This document shows, piece by piece, positions 21,022-30,039 of a stretch of 64,000 nt of DNA. Source of the stretch: Candidatus Aminicenantes bacterium (lineage in GTDB: Bacteria > Acidobacteriota > Aminicenantia > Aminicenantales > Saccharicenantaceae); the NCBI GenBank assembly GCA_037447475.1, contig JBBIGP010000004.1, forward strand, positions 7,713 through 71,712, read 5' to 3'. The first letter of the stretch is position 1; each line of letters begins with the position of its first letter. The notes under the pieces were generated by a model. The model was not told where the DNA came from. It was given only the letters and a program-made list of their open reading frames with translations, and searched no databases. The position numbers were made by a program, and so were the translations under genes.

Positions 21022-21936
21022 GTGACGATGAAGAGACGCGGGATCCTCGGCGGTTTGCTCCTGACGGCCGTTCTCCTGGCGGGCTCGCCCGGCCCGGCCC
21101 AAGAATACGACTGGGAACAGTACAAGAGCTACGACGTGCCCTTCGTGCCGACCCCCATGGAGGTCGTCGACGAGATGCTCCGCCTGGTCGACATCAAGGC
21201 GGGCGACATCCTCTACGACCTGGGCTGCGGCGACGGACGGATCGTCGTCGCGGCGGCCAAGCGATACGGGATCAAGGCCATCGGCATCGACATCGATCCC
21301 GTCCGCATCTCGGAGAGCAAGCAGAACGCCATCGAAGGCGGGGTCGCCGACAAGGTCAAGTTCATGGAGGGCAACCTCTTCGAGGCCGATTTCAAGGACG
21401 CCTCGGTCATCACCATGTACCTCCTGACCTCGGTCAACCTGAGGCTGCGGCCCAAGCTGCTGGCCGAGCTCAAGCCGGGCACCCGGCTGGTCTCCCACAG
21501 CTTCGACATGGGGGACTGGAAGCCGGACAAGACCTCCATCGTCGGAACGGCCTACGATGACGAACGCCACGTGTATTTCTGGATCGTCCCGGCCAACGTC
21601 AGCGGCCGGTGGGATTGGACCGTCGCGGAGGGAGGCAAGAACCGGCGCTACACGTTCCAGGCCGAACAGAAATTCCAGGCCGTCAGCGCAACGGTGACCG
21701 CGAACGAATGGCCGCTGGCCGCCAAGGACATGAAGCTCGTGGGGGACCGGATCTCCTTCCGGCTCGACGTCGATGTCGACGGCAAGATGACGCCCTACTT
21801 GTATGAGGGCCGGGTCCAGGGGCACGCCATCGATGGCACGGCCCGCCCCCTCGGCAACCCCAAGAACTCGGAATTCAAATGGCGGGCCGTCCGCGACCCC
21901 AAGACCGTCGTGCCTCTCGACACCGGCGACGACTGA
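21022..21936 (+). CDS. secreted class I SAM-dependent methyltransferase
   Basis: Signal peptide (MKRRGILGGLLLTAVLLAGSPGPAQE), SAM-binding motif I ILYDLGCGDGRIVVAAAKRYG and motif II/III (VKFMEGNLFEADFKDASVITMY). Confidence 0.7.
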   Translation: MTMKRRGILGGLLLTAVLLAGSPGPAQEYDWEQYKSYDVPFVPTPMEVVDEMLRLVDIKAGDILYDLGCGDGRIVVAAAKRYGIKAIGIDIDPVRISESKQNAIEGGVADKVKFMEGNLFEADFKDASVITMYLLTSVNLRLRPKLLAELKPGTRLVSHSFDMGDWKPDKTSIVGTAYDDERHVYFWIVPANVSGRWDWTVAEGGKNRRYTFQAEQKFQAVSATVTANEWPLAAKDMKLVGDRISFRLDVDVDGKMTPYLYEGRVQGHAIDGTARPLGNPKNSEFKWRAVRDPKTVVPLDTGDD

Positions 21937-21964
21937 GCCTGCCTCGGGCGTTGCGGGGGCATCC

Positions 21965-22666
21965 GTGAAGCGGATCGGCCTCATCGGCGGCATGACCTGG
22001 GAGTCGACGCTCGAGTATTACCGGATCATCAACGAACAGGTCAAGGCCCGGCTCGGAGGCTTCCACTCGGGCCGGATCCTGATGGATTCCCTCGATTTCG
22101 ATGAGATCGAGGCCTGCCAGAGCCGGGGCGACTGGGACGGATCCGCCCGCATCCTCGGCGACTCGGCCGAACGCCTGGAGAGGGCGGGCGCCGACCTCCT
22201 CCTCATCTGCACGAACACGATGCACAAGGTCGCCGACGCCGTGGCCGCGAGTGTCCGCATCCCGCTCCTCCATATCGTCGACGTCACGGCCCGCAGGATC
22301 CTGGCCGCCAGCTTGAGGACGGTCGGTCTCCTGGGCACGCGCTTCACCATGGAACAGGACTTTTACAAGGGCCGGCTCGCGGCGAAGTTCGGCGTGACGG
22401 CCCTGGTCCCCGGTCCCGAGGAGCGGGCCGTCGTGGACGGCGTCATCTACAACGAGCTGACCTTCGGGATCATCTCGCCGGAGTCGAGACGAAAGTACGT
22501 CCGGACGATCGAGGGTCTGGCCGAAAGGGGGGCCCAAGGCGTCATCCTCGGCTGCACGGAGATCCCGCTGCTCGTCCGGCAGGAGGACGTCCGAGTCCCG
22601 GTCTTCGACACGACCCGCATCCACGCGGAAGCCGCCGTCGAAGCCGCTCTCGGGATCAGGGATTGA
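21965..22666 (+). CDS. aspartate/glutamate racemase family protein (GTG start)
   Basis: VKRIGLIGGMTWESTLEYYRIINEQV... and second catalytic Cys region GVILGCTEIPLLV; typical Asp/Glu/hydantoin racemase fold. Confidence 0.8.
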   Translation: MKRIGLIGGMTWESTLEYYRIINEQVKARLGGFHSGRILMDSLDFDEIEACQSRGDWDGSARILGDSAERLERAGADLLLICTNTMHKVADAVAASVRIPLLHIVDVTARRILAASLRTVGLLGTRFTMEQDFYKGRLAAKFGVTALVPGPEERAVVDGVIYNELTFGIISPESRRKYVRTIEGLAERGAQGVILGCTEIPLLVRQEDVRVPVFDTTRIHAEAAVEAALGIRD

Positions 22667-22693
22667 AGACCCGCCCGGGCCGGGAGGGGGGCT

Positions 22694-23062
22694 TCAGGAG
22701 ACCGAGGAGGGGATGCCTTCCCGTTCGCTGTAGAGGTGCCGGATCAGCGACAGAAGGGTCTGGGATATGCTGTGAAGGAACTCCACGCCGATCTCGAAAC
22801 GCTCCCCGTCCTCGCTCTTGCGGGTCCATTTGACCTCGCCGTCGATCTTCAGGGACTGGTGGGTCCTCTCGAGGTCGATGACGATCCGGATGACGCTGCC
22901 CACGGGGAAATCCTGCTGGCTCGAGATCCGGGCCCCGGACAGGGACAGATCCCGGGTGCAGGCGTTGATGCCGCGGTTGCCGGCCGCTTCCCGGGGTTCC
23001 AACGCCCCCTTGATGACGACGTTGTTCTCTTCCACGAAACGCTTATCTTTGCGGTGTTCCAT
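22694..23062 (-). CDS. PilZ domain protein (c-di-GMP receptor)
   Basis: 122 aa; RKDKRFVEENNVVIKG (RxxxR) and DLSLSGARISS (D/NxSxxG) motifs. Confidence 0.65.
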   Translation of the reverse strand: MEHRKDKRFVEENNVVIKGALEPREAAGNRGINACTRDLSLSGARISSQQDFPVGSVIRIVIDLERTHQSLKIDGEVKWTRKSEDGERFEIGVEFLHSISQTLLSLIRHLYSEREGIPSSVS

Positions 23063-23212
23063 GTCAAGGTCCTCCGGGCGCCTTCACGGCGATCGTTCCA
23101 AGCGGCATTCTCATACGACCCCTTCGAGGGGTCAATCACCCCTAAAGGTGATTCGAAGGGTGATATCTCACCCCCTCGAGGTCACCCCGTCACCCGATCC
23201 TTTTTCTATCCT

Positions 23213-24283
23213 TCACTTCCTCCTTGTCAAGCTGAATGCGAGGAGGGTTTCCAGGACCTGGCGATAGCGGCGGTCGACAGGCAGGTCCCGGATGGCTGCC
23301 CCCGCGAGGCGCCCGTGACGGTCCATGGTCCGGCGGACGTCGTCGTCGATCCCATAGCGCCTGGCGAGCTCCCTGACGGCCCCGATGTCCTCTTCGGAGG
23401 CGTCCCGGCATCCGAGGATGGCCGTCAATCTCCTCCGTTCGCCGGCCGTGGCCTTCTCGAGCAGCTGGAGATGGATGAGCGTTTTCTTGCCCTGCCGGAT
23501 ATCGGACCCCACCGGCTTGCCCAGGACCTCCTCCTCGCCGAACAGCCCGAGCTCGTCGTCCTTGATCTGGAAGATCAGCCCCATGGCCTCGCCCAGGCGC
23601 TCCAATCGCCTCCGGACGGGGACTTTCCCGCCTCCGAGGACCCATCCCGCGGCCAGGGGGAGAGAGAAGGAATAGCGGGCCGTCTTGAACCGGTAGATGT
23701 CCAGGATCTCCTTTTCCGCGACGGACCGGGAGGAGGCCCCGGCGTGGATGTCCCGCATCTGGCCCAGGCCGACGAGGGCGAACGTGCTGGCGAAGAGCCT
23801 CTGAACGGCGGACGCCCGGTAGGGCGGGAGGCGGGGCGAGAGACCGGCCAGGGCCTCGAAGGCCAGGAAAATGGCGATCTCGCCGGCGCAGACGCCCATG
23901 CTGACCCCGAAGTGATCGGCGTCGGGAAGCCCCTCCTTTTCGGCCAGGAGGGCGTATTGGCGGTGGAGGGAGGGGGCGCCGCGCCTCCGGGGATCCCTGT
24001 CCATGATGTCGTCGTGGACGAGGAGGGCCGACTGGATGAGCTCCAGCGCGGCCCCCGTCCGGACCGCGTCCGCGGAGACGCGTCCTCCAGCCATCTCGCA
24101 TCCGAGGCAGACCAGCCCGCCGCGGATGAGCTTGCCTTTGCGGGTGAAGCCGGCCAGACGCCCGACGACGTCCTTCCCCCAGGGCCCGAGCCGGGCCATT
24201 TCGGCCTTCTTGCCTTCCAGGAAGCCGTCGAGGAACCTCAGCAGCCTCTTTCGGGTCCGCTCGAAATAGGTCTCGAAGGCCAT
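23213..24283 (-). CDS. polyprenyl diphosphate synthase (GGPP/FPP synthase, CrtE/IdsA-like); start trimmed to MAFETYFERTRK
   Basis: First DDxxD LVHDDIMDRDPRRRGAPSLH and second DDxxD FQIKDDELGLFGEEE motifs; start overlaps stop of upstream gene (TGATG). Confidence 0.85.
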   Translation of the reverse strand: MAFETYFERTRKRLLRFLDGFLEGKKAEMARLGPWGKDVVGRLAGFTRKGKLIRGGLVCLGCEMAGGRVSADAVRTGAALELIQSALLVHDDIMDRDPRRRGAPSLHRQYALLAEKEGLPDADHFGVSMGVCAGEIAIFLAFEALAGLSPRLPPYRASAVQRLFASTFALVGLGQMRDIHAGASSRSVAEKEILDIYRFKTARYSFSLPLAAGWVLGGGKVPVRRRLERLGEAMGLIFQIKDDELGLFGEEEVLGKPVGSDIRQGKKTLIHLQLLEKATAGERRRLTAILGCRDASEEDIGAVRELARRYGIDDDVRRTMDRHGRLAGAAIRDLPVDRRYRQVLETLLAFSLTRRK

Positions 24284-25128
24284 CAGATGCCTCCCCGCGG
24301 CTCGAGGACGTTGCGCAGCCCCGTGACGAAGATCCTGGCCCTCGACGGCCGGACCTTGCGGCGGAAGACGATGAACGGGTCGGCCGCGATGCGCCCGGCG
24401 GTCCATTCATACATCCGGGCGGCCGTCCGGACCGGGGCCCGAAAACGCCGGGGGATGAAGGCGTATCCTTTTTCGGCCTCGGCCTGCCAGGTCCTGTACC
24501 TGCCGATCTGCCCACCGACGAACTCCCGGAAGGCTTGCGGCCGGGACCTGGCCTCCTCTTCCGCCAGGGAGGACAATCCCGCCGCCCGCATCTCGTCCCG
24601 GGGGAAATAGATCCGGCCGAGGGCCAGGTCCTCCCGGATGTCCCGGAGGAAGTTGATGTACTGCATGGCCCGCCCCAGGAGACGGGCGCAGGGAAAAGCC
24701 TCGGGGGCGAGCCCCAGGATGCGCGACATCATCAGGCCGACGACCTCCGCCGACCCATAAACGTAGGACAGCGTCTCGCCGAGGGTCGCGTATTCCGTCT
24801 TGACGAGGTCCATGGACATCGAATCCAGGAAGGCCTCCGTCCAGGCCGGATCGAATCCGCGTCGCAGGGAGAGGTCGACGAAGCGGTCGATGACCGGCCC
24901 GGCCGAGGCCGTCTTCCCGTCCCGGCGGCCGGCATAGGCCTCCCGGAGCTTTCGGAATCCCGCCGCGTCCTGGGGCACGCGGTCGACAAGATCGTCGGCC
25001 GTCCGGACGAACCCGTAGAGGATCCCGACGTCCTCGCGGACGGGCCTCGGGAAGAAGCGGGAGCTGCGGAAGTAGGTCCGGCTCCCGCTCCGGAAGATGC
25101 CCGAGAAGACGCGGCCGTCAGTCTTCAT
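24283..25128 (-). CDS. phytoene/squalene synthase family protein (CrtB/HpnD-like)
   Basis: 281 aa; ILYGFVRTADDLVD (first Asp-rich motif), ...GRAMQYINFLRDIREDLALGRIYFP (second motif region). Confidence 0.8.
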   Translation of the reverse strand: MKTDGRVFSGIFRSGSRTYFRSSRFFPRPVREDVGILYGFVRTADDLVDRVPQDAAGFRKLREAYAGRRDGKTASAGPVIDRFVDLSLRRGFDPAWTEAFLDSMSMDLVKTEYATLGETLSYVYGSAEVVGLMMSRILGLAPEAFPCARLLGRAMQYINFLRDIREDLALGRIYFPRDEMRAAGLSSLAEEEARSRPQAFREFVGGQIGRYRTWQAEAEKGYAFIPRRFRAPVRTAARMYEWTAGRIAADPFIVFRRKVRPSRARIFVTGLRNVLEPRGGI

Positions 25129-25991
25129 GGACGACCCGTTCCGCGGCGGGCCCGGGCCTCCAGCCGCTCGACGACCTCGGAGATCAGGCTCTCGGGCGTC
25201 GAGGCGCCGGAGGCGATGAACACGGCCGCGTCGTCAGGGATGTCGATCGTCTCGACGCTCTCCGCGCTGTCGACGAGGTGAGTGCGGGGATTGATCCTCT
25301 CGGCGATGTGGAAGAGGTGCATGGTGTTGGCGCTGCGGCGGGAGCCGATGACGATGACGCAGTCGGCCGACCGGGTGTGCCGCTCCACCTCTTGCTGCCG
25401 GCTCTTTGTCGGCTGACAGATGGTGTCGTGGAAGACGACCTCAGGGACGACCTCGCGGATGCGCTCCAGGATGCGCCGGGCGTCCGCCTCGACGAACGTC
25501 GATTGGACGACGACGCCCGCCCTCGCGACGCCCTCGAAGAGCTCCGGGGTCACCTCCTCGGGCCTTCGAACGACCAGGGCCCGCCGGACCTGGCCGACGA
25601 TGCCCTGGACCTCCTCATGGCCGACCTGCCCGATGACGACAGGGGTGAGGCCCTCGGCTTCGATCTCCCGTATCCGTTCGTGGATGATGCGGACCATGGG
25701 ACAGGTCGCGTCGATGAACTCAAGCCCGCGCTCCCGGAGCTCCAGGTAACGGCGCAGGGGAGACCCGTGGCTCTGGAGGAGGACGACCCCGCCGGGCGGG
25801 ACCTCCTCCAGGGTCTGGACGATCTCCAGCCCCTTGGACCGCAGGGCCTCGATGACGTGCTCGTTGTGGACGAGCTCCCCGAGCATGTAATAGGAACGGT
25901 CCTGGTTCTCCGCCAGCAGCCGCTCGGTCAGGTCGAGCGTCTTCCGGACGCCGAAGCAATAGCTCAACGTCTCGGAAAGCACGATCTTCAT
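25125..25991 (-). CDS. ispH: 4-hydroxy-3-methylbut-2-enyl diphosphate reductase
   Basis: 288 aa; MKIVLSETLSYCFGVRKTLDL..., conserved Cys (SYCFGV, IDATCPMV, HDTICQPT) coordinating the 4Fe-4S cluster, ...ANTMHL... Confidence 0.92.
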   Translation of the reverse strand: MKIVLSETLSYCFGVRKTLDLTERLLAENQDRSYYMLGELVHNEHVIEALRSKGLEIVQTLEEVPPGGVVLLQSHGSPLRRYLELRERGLEFIDATCPMVRIIHERIREIEAEGLTPVVIGQVGHEEVQGIVGQVRRALVVRRPEEVTPELFEGVARAGVVVQSTFVEADARRILERIREVVPEVVFHDTICQPTKSRQQEVERHTRSADCVIVIGSRRSANTMHLFHIAERINPRTHLVDSAESVETIDIPDDAAVFIASGASTPESLISEVVERLEARARRGTGRP

Positions 25992-26009
25992 GACGGCACA
26001 GGACCTCTC

Positions 26010-26258
26010 TCAGGCGTTCCGGACGTCGAAACGCCGCGGGGCGTAAAGGAACCCGAAAGACCGGGCTTGGCCCTTGCCGAAGCTCTGGTGGCGGTCGGCA
26101 TGCGCCCGGACGATTCGCTTGAGGTAGAACGTCCAGGGCTTGAGACGGAGCCCCCGGACCCGCTTATGGAACATGACATGCTTGTGGGTGGCCCAAGCCA
26201 CGCCCTCCATGAGGACGGCGACGGACAGAGCGAGCAGAATGGCGGCCGCGGCGATCAT
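26010..26258 (-). CDS. miniature fatty-acid-hydroxylase/CrtZ-like membrane protein (82 aa, two His boxes only)
   Basis: MIAAAAILLALSVAVLMEGVAWATHKHVMFHKRV...RAHADRHQSFGKGQARSFGFLYAP - resembles the first His box and the C-terminal HxxHH...FGF(I/L)YAP end of beta-carotene hydroxylase CrtZ, but half the length; ORF-track start at 26414 adds a TM-like leader. Confidence 0.45.
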   Translation of the reverse strand: MIAAAAILLALSVAVLMEGVAWATHKHVMFHKRVRGLRLKPWTFYLKRIVRAHADRHQSFGKGQARSFGFLYAPRRFDVRNA

Positions 26259-26419
26259 CGGTGTTCCCTTGGAGAGGCTATCTTGGCAGAAGTCCGAAGG
26301 CCTGTCAACGCGCGAAAAACTCGAGGAGCCGCTCGTTCGGCCTCGCTCCCAGCGGAACATCCTGGCGGAGAGCAGGACGCCGATGACCAGGGGCCCGGCG
26401 AGGACGGCGATCACCGTAG

Positions 26420-27430
26420 TTACCGGGAGAGGGGGTTGCCGAACGTACGCCTATAATGCTCCCAGCCGTCGCGGACCGTCTTTTCGATAGGGGTGTACGC
26501 GTGCTCGAACCCCAGCCGGCTCTTGGCGTTGTCGTAATAGGCCGTCCATCCGCTCAACCGCCCGTACGCGGCCGTGAGCAGCGGCCGTCGCCTGCTCACC
26601 CGGCTGACCCCTTCGAGGAGGCCGCCGAGGGCGGCGAGCAGGCCGGCCGGCAGCGGGAAGGGATGCGCCCGGCGTCCGCAGGCCCCGGCGATGAGGCGGA
26701 TGACCTCCCGATAGGGCAGGTTGGCCCCGACGACGAGGTAGCTTTCGCCGCACCGGCCGCGCCCCTCGAGCGCCTTGAGGATGACGGCGACGAGATCGCG
26801 GACATCGACCACGGCCAGTCCTCCCGAGAACGAGCCGAAGAGGCGTCCGTTCGAGATCCGGCGATAGAGCTCGTTGTGCGGGCTTTTCAAGTTATGGTCG
26901 CCCGGGCCCATGATGGAGGCCGGGTTGAGGATGACGGCGGGAAGCCCGTTTTCACGGACGGCCCGTTCGACGAGGTCCTGTCCGCGCCGCTTCGAGCCCA
27001 TGTAAAGGATATCCGGCGGCCAGTTGAAGGGGGTCGATTCGTCCGCGGGCCGGCCGGACCTGTCGAAACCGATCGCGCCCACCGAAGAGATATGGATGAG
27101 CCGGCTCACGCGGGCGGCCAGGCAGGCCTCGATGATCGACCGGACGCCGTCGACATTGATCTCGTCCAGCCAGCCGGCGTCCCCCTTCCAGTACGAGATG
27201 AACCCGGCCAGATGGACGACATGGGTCTGCCCGTCGACGGCCCGTGCGACGGAGGGACGGTCCCGAATGTCGCCTTCGAACAGGCGGATCCCCGACCGCC
27301 TCCAGGCGTCGGACAAGGGGTCGCCGGGCAGAGCGAGAGCGGAAACGCTCTCCCGACCGTAACGGTCGACGAGTTCCGGGACCAGGACGGAACCGACGAA
27401 ACCCGTCGCCCCGGTGACGAGGACCTTCAC
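26420..27430 (-). CDS. NAD(P)-dependent epimerase/dehydratase (extended SDR)
   Basis: MKVLVTGATGFVGSVLVPEL Rossmann motif, YxxxK region (YMGSKRRGQ). Confidence 0.8.
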   Translation of the reverse strand: MKVLVTGATGFVGSVLVPELVDRYGRESVSALALPGDPLSDAWRRSGIRLFEGDIRDRPSVARAVDGQTHVVHLAGFISYWKGDAGWLDEINVDGVRSIIEACLAARVSRLIHISSVGAIGFDRSGRPADESTPFNWPPDILYMGSKRRGQDLVERAVRENGLPAVILNPASIMGPGDHNLKSPHNELYRRISNGRLFGSFSGGLAVVDVRDLVAVILKALEGRGRCGESYLVVGANLPYREVIRLIAGACGRRAHPFPLPAGLLAALGGLLEGVSRVSRRRPLLTAAYGRLSGWTAYYDNAKSRLGFEHAYTPIEKTVRDGWEHYRRTFGNPLSR

Positions 27431-28134
27431 GGCCTCTTTTCCCGCCTTCGCAGAAAGAGAATGGTGTCCGTGGCCACCCCCGCCGCGGCGTGGAGGATGA
27501 ATGGATAGAGGAACGAGCCCGTCAGCCAGGCGATGATCCCGAAAACGAGCCCCGCTCCGGCCGCGGCGAAGACCTCGGTGTCGGGGTGCCCGATATGAAG
27601 GAGAGTGGAGATCATCGTCTGCACGGCGAGGGCCGGGATGAGCCCGATGGCCGGGACGAGCGGCAGGAAGAGGACGCCCCGGAAGACGAATTCCCAGGGG
27701 AGGTAGTAAAGGACGACGAACGCGGCCTCATAGGCCACGAAGGTCCGGGCCGAGGCGCAGGCGTCCTTGGCGAAGGGGTACATGCGGGCCATCCCGGGAT
27801 CGCGGGCGCCGATGGCGCTGGCCGCGACAGCCACGGGGATGCCGACCGCGGCGATGAGCGCTCCCAGGTCCGCCCGCCCGAAGGTCCAGCCCCAGGAGGC
27901 CAGCGTGATCATGGGTTCGGCTGCGGCCAGGCACACGATGAGCAGGGGAGCGGCCAGGGCGAGGCCGAAGAACGAGACGAAATAGAGCCGGACGGCGCGC
28001 AGCTCGGGCCTCTTCTCCCGGAGGCGCCGGAAGTGAAGCCCCGTCGCGAGCAGGGTCAAGGCCAGAACCAGCTCCAGATAGACCAAAGACAGAGGCCATT
28101 TCAAGCCGGCGGCTTCATCGATCCACGCGCCCAC
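27427..28134 (-). CDS. CPBP family intramembrane glutamic endopeptidase (CAAX protease/Abi-like)
   Basis: Polytopic; EFVFRGVL (EExxxR-like motif 1) and ...STLLHIGH... / FILHAAAG (His motifs) typical of CPBP. Confidence 0.7.
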   Translation of the reverse strand: MGAWIDEAAGLKWPLSLVYLELVLALTLLATGLHFRRLREKRPELRAVRLYFVSFFGLALAAPLLIVCLAAAEPMITLASWGWTFGRADLGALIAAVGIPVAVAASAIGARDPGMARMYPFAKDACASARTFVAYEAAFVVLYYLPWEFVFRGVLFLPLVPAIGLIPALAVQTMISTLLHIGHPDTEVFAAAGAGLVFGIIAWLTGSFLYPFILHAAAGVATDTILFLRRREKRP

Positions 28135-29119
28135 GGTCCCTCCCTTCGAGATACCAGGCGACGATCTCCGCGAACTGCCGCTCGACGTCGTCGTCCGGAT
28201 CGTAGCCGAGCTCGGCGATCGTCTTCGAGATGTCGTAGGTCGTCTCGGTGGTGATCCGCTTGATCCGGTAGTAATTCAACTGCCGCTCCATCCGCGGGAA
28301 GATCTTGGACATGAACCCGGAGGCCCCGGCGACCGCGAAGGCGAACCAAACGGGGATATAAACGCGCTGTCGCCGCCCGAGCCCGGCCTGCAGGGCCCCG
28401 AAGAAATCCCGCCACGTCGGCATGACGCGGTTGGTCACGGTGTAGGCTCGGCCCTCGATCCCGTCCCGGGTCAGGGCCAGCTCCACGGCCCGGCAGAGGT
28501 TGCCGACATGGCAATAGCCGAACCGCCAGCGGCCGTTCCCGACGATGAGCGGCGCACCCCGTTCGCATCCCCGAAGAAGTTTGGCGCAAGTGACCCGGTC
28601 GTTGGGACCGAAAACGTCACCCGGGCGGAGGAGGACGAGAGGCAGCCGGCCGGCGGCATGTTCGGCCAGCAGCTCCCTCTCGGTCCGGATCTTGTGGCGG
28701 ACGTAGGGCATGAACTCGGCGGATTCCCCCGGCCGCCCTTCGGAGATGTCGAGGCCGTTGTACCCGAGGGTCAGGGCCGAGGAGAGATAGACGAAACGCC
28801 GCAGAGGGGCCCCGGCCGAACGCAGGCCGTCGACGAGGTTCCGGCTCGTGTCGAAGATGTTCGACCTGCATTCTTCGTCGTCCGCCATGTCGGAGACGAG
28901 GGCCGCGGCGTGGACGACGTACGGGACATCGCCGGGGAAAGCGATCCCCGCAGGCTCCCGGAGATCGCCGCGGATGAGACGGACATCGAGACCCTCGAGG
29001 AAACCGAGGTCCGAGGACTCCCGGACGAGGCCTTCGACGCGCCAGCCCCGTTCGATGAGGAAACGGCAGAGGTTGGAGCCGATGAAGCCGTTGGCGCCGG
29101 TGATCAGGACGCGCTTCAT
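28115..29119 (-). CDS. NAD(P)-dependent epimerase/dehydratase (extended SDR); trimmed to MKRVLITGANGFIG
   Basis: Rossmann motif ITGANGFIGSNL, YxxxK (YVRHKIRTE); ORF-track 681-aa frame is a spurious N-terminal extension across the PAP2 gene; ATGA overlap with upstream stop. Confidence 0.8.
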   Translation of the reverse strand: MKRVLITGANGFIGSNLCRFLIERGWRVEGLVRESSDLGFLEGLDVRLIRGDLREPAGIAFPGDVPYVVHAAALVSDMADDEECRSNIFDTSRNLVDGLRSAGAPLRRFVYLSSALTLGYNGLDISEGRPGESAEFMPYVRHKIRTERELLAEHAAGRLPLVLLRPGDVFGPNDRVTCAKLLRGCERGAPLIVGNGRWRFGYCHVGNLCRAVELALTRDGIEGRAYTVTNRVMPTWRDFFGALQAGLGRRQRVYIPVWFAFAVAGASGFMSKIFPRMERQLNYYRIKRITTETTYDISKTIAELGYDPDDDVERQFAEIVAWYLEGRDRGRVDR

Positions 29120-30039
29120 GGCCCCTCGCCGGCCCGCCGGCTGGCCCGGGAGTCCCATGCCTTCCGGACGACCGGCGACACGAGCAGGACGGGAACGGCC
29201 ACGGCGATGCCGATGACGGCATCGGTGAAATAATGGAAACGGCCGTAAACGGTCGAAACGTAGACGGACAGGACGATGGGGGCCAGCACCCAGAATCCCC
29301 ACCGGGCGTGTCTCTTGGCCATGAACCACATGACCGTGGCCGCGGCGCAGTGGGGGCTGGGGATGGTCCCGCCCGGGGCGTGGAAATGCGTCCGGATGTA
29401 CTCGGCGGCCTGTCCGAATCCGCGGACGGGGAGAGGCTCCGTCAAAAGGCCCCGGACGCTGTCCCAGTGCAGCGGGCCCTTGACGGGAAACAGGATGAAG
29501 CCCCATCCGCAGAGGAGGTTCACGAGCCCCAACCCGAAGAGATAATCCTCGTTGGCGGACTCGCCGCGCCGGAAATAGATGACCGCCCCGAGCAGGGGAT
29601 AGATGACGACGTAGGCGACGTAGACGAAGAACATCCAATCGGAGAGCAGGGGAGAATAGAGCTTCTGGATCCAGACGAGCGGCTGGGTCTTGAAGAGCGC
29701 GCTTTCCCAGCGGAGCACGGCGTTGTCGTTCCAGCCGAAGAACAGCAGCTGGAGATCGCGGCTCATGAGGTAGATCTGCAGCAAAAGGATCTGGACCGAT
29801 CCCGTCCGGACCAGGAATCGCAGCCAACGGGGACGCAGGCTGGGAAGAACGGCGACGGCGGCCAGATAGGGGAAAAGGAAGAGGAGGTGCCGCCCGATGA
29901 TCGGCCAGGGATCGGCCAGCCTCGCACGGAACACGACGGCCAGGAGGACGAGCACCGCGCTCCCGCCGAGGACCACGGCGTCGGCGGGCCTCAGGCCTAG
30001 CCCCAGGATGCGGACGGAGAGTGGACCGCCCTTGGTCAA
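29116..30039 (-). CDS. PAP2-superfamily membrane phosphatase/phosphotransferase (IPC-synthase-like)
   Basis: 307 aa polytopic; PAP2 motifs ...PSPHCAAATVMW (PSGH-like) and GRFHYFTDAVIG (SRxxxxxHxxxD-like). Confidence 0.6.
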   Translation of the reverse strand: MTKGGPLSVRILGLGLRPADAVVLGGSAVLVLLAVVFRARLADPWPIIGRHLLFLFPYLAAVAVLPSLRPRWLRFLVRTGSVQILLLQIYLMSRDLQLLFFGWNDNAVLRWESALFKTQPLVWIQKLYSPLLSDWMFFVYVAYVVIYPLLGAVIYFRRGESANEDYLFGLGLVNLLCGWGFILFPVKGPLHWDSVRGLLTEPLPVRGFGQAAEYIRTHFHAPGGTIPSPHCAAATVMWFMAKRHARWGFWVLAPIVLSVYVSTVYGRFHYFTDAVIGIAVAVPVLLVSPVVRKAWDSRASRRAGEGP

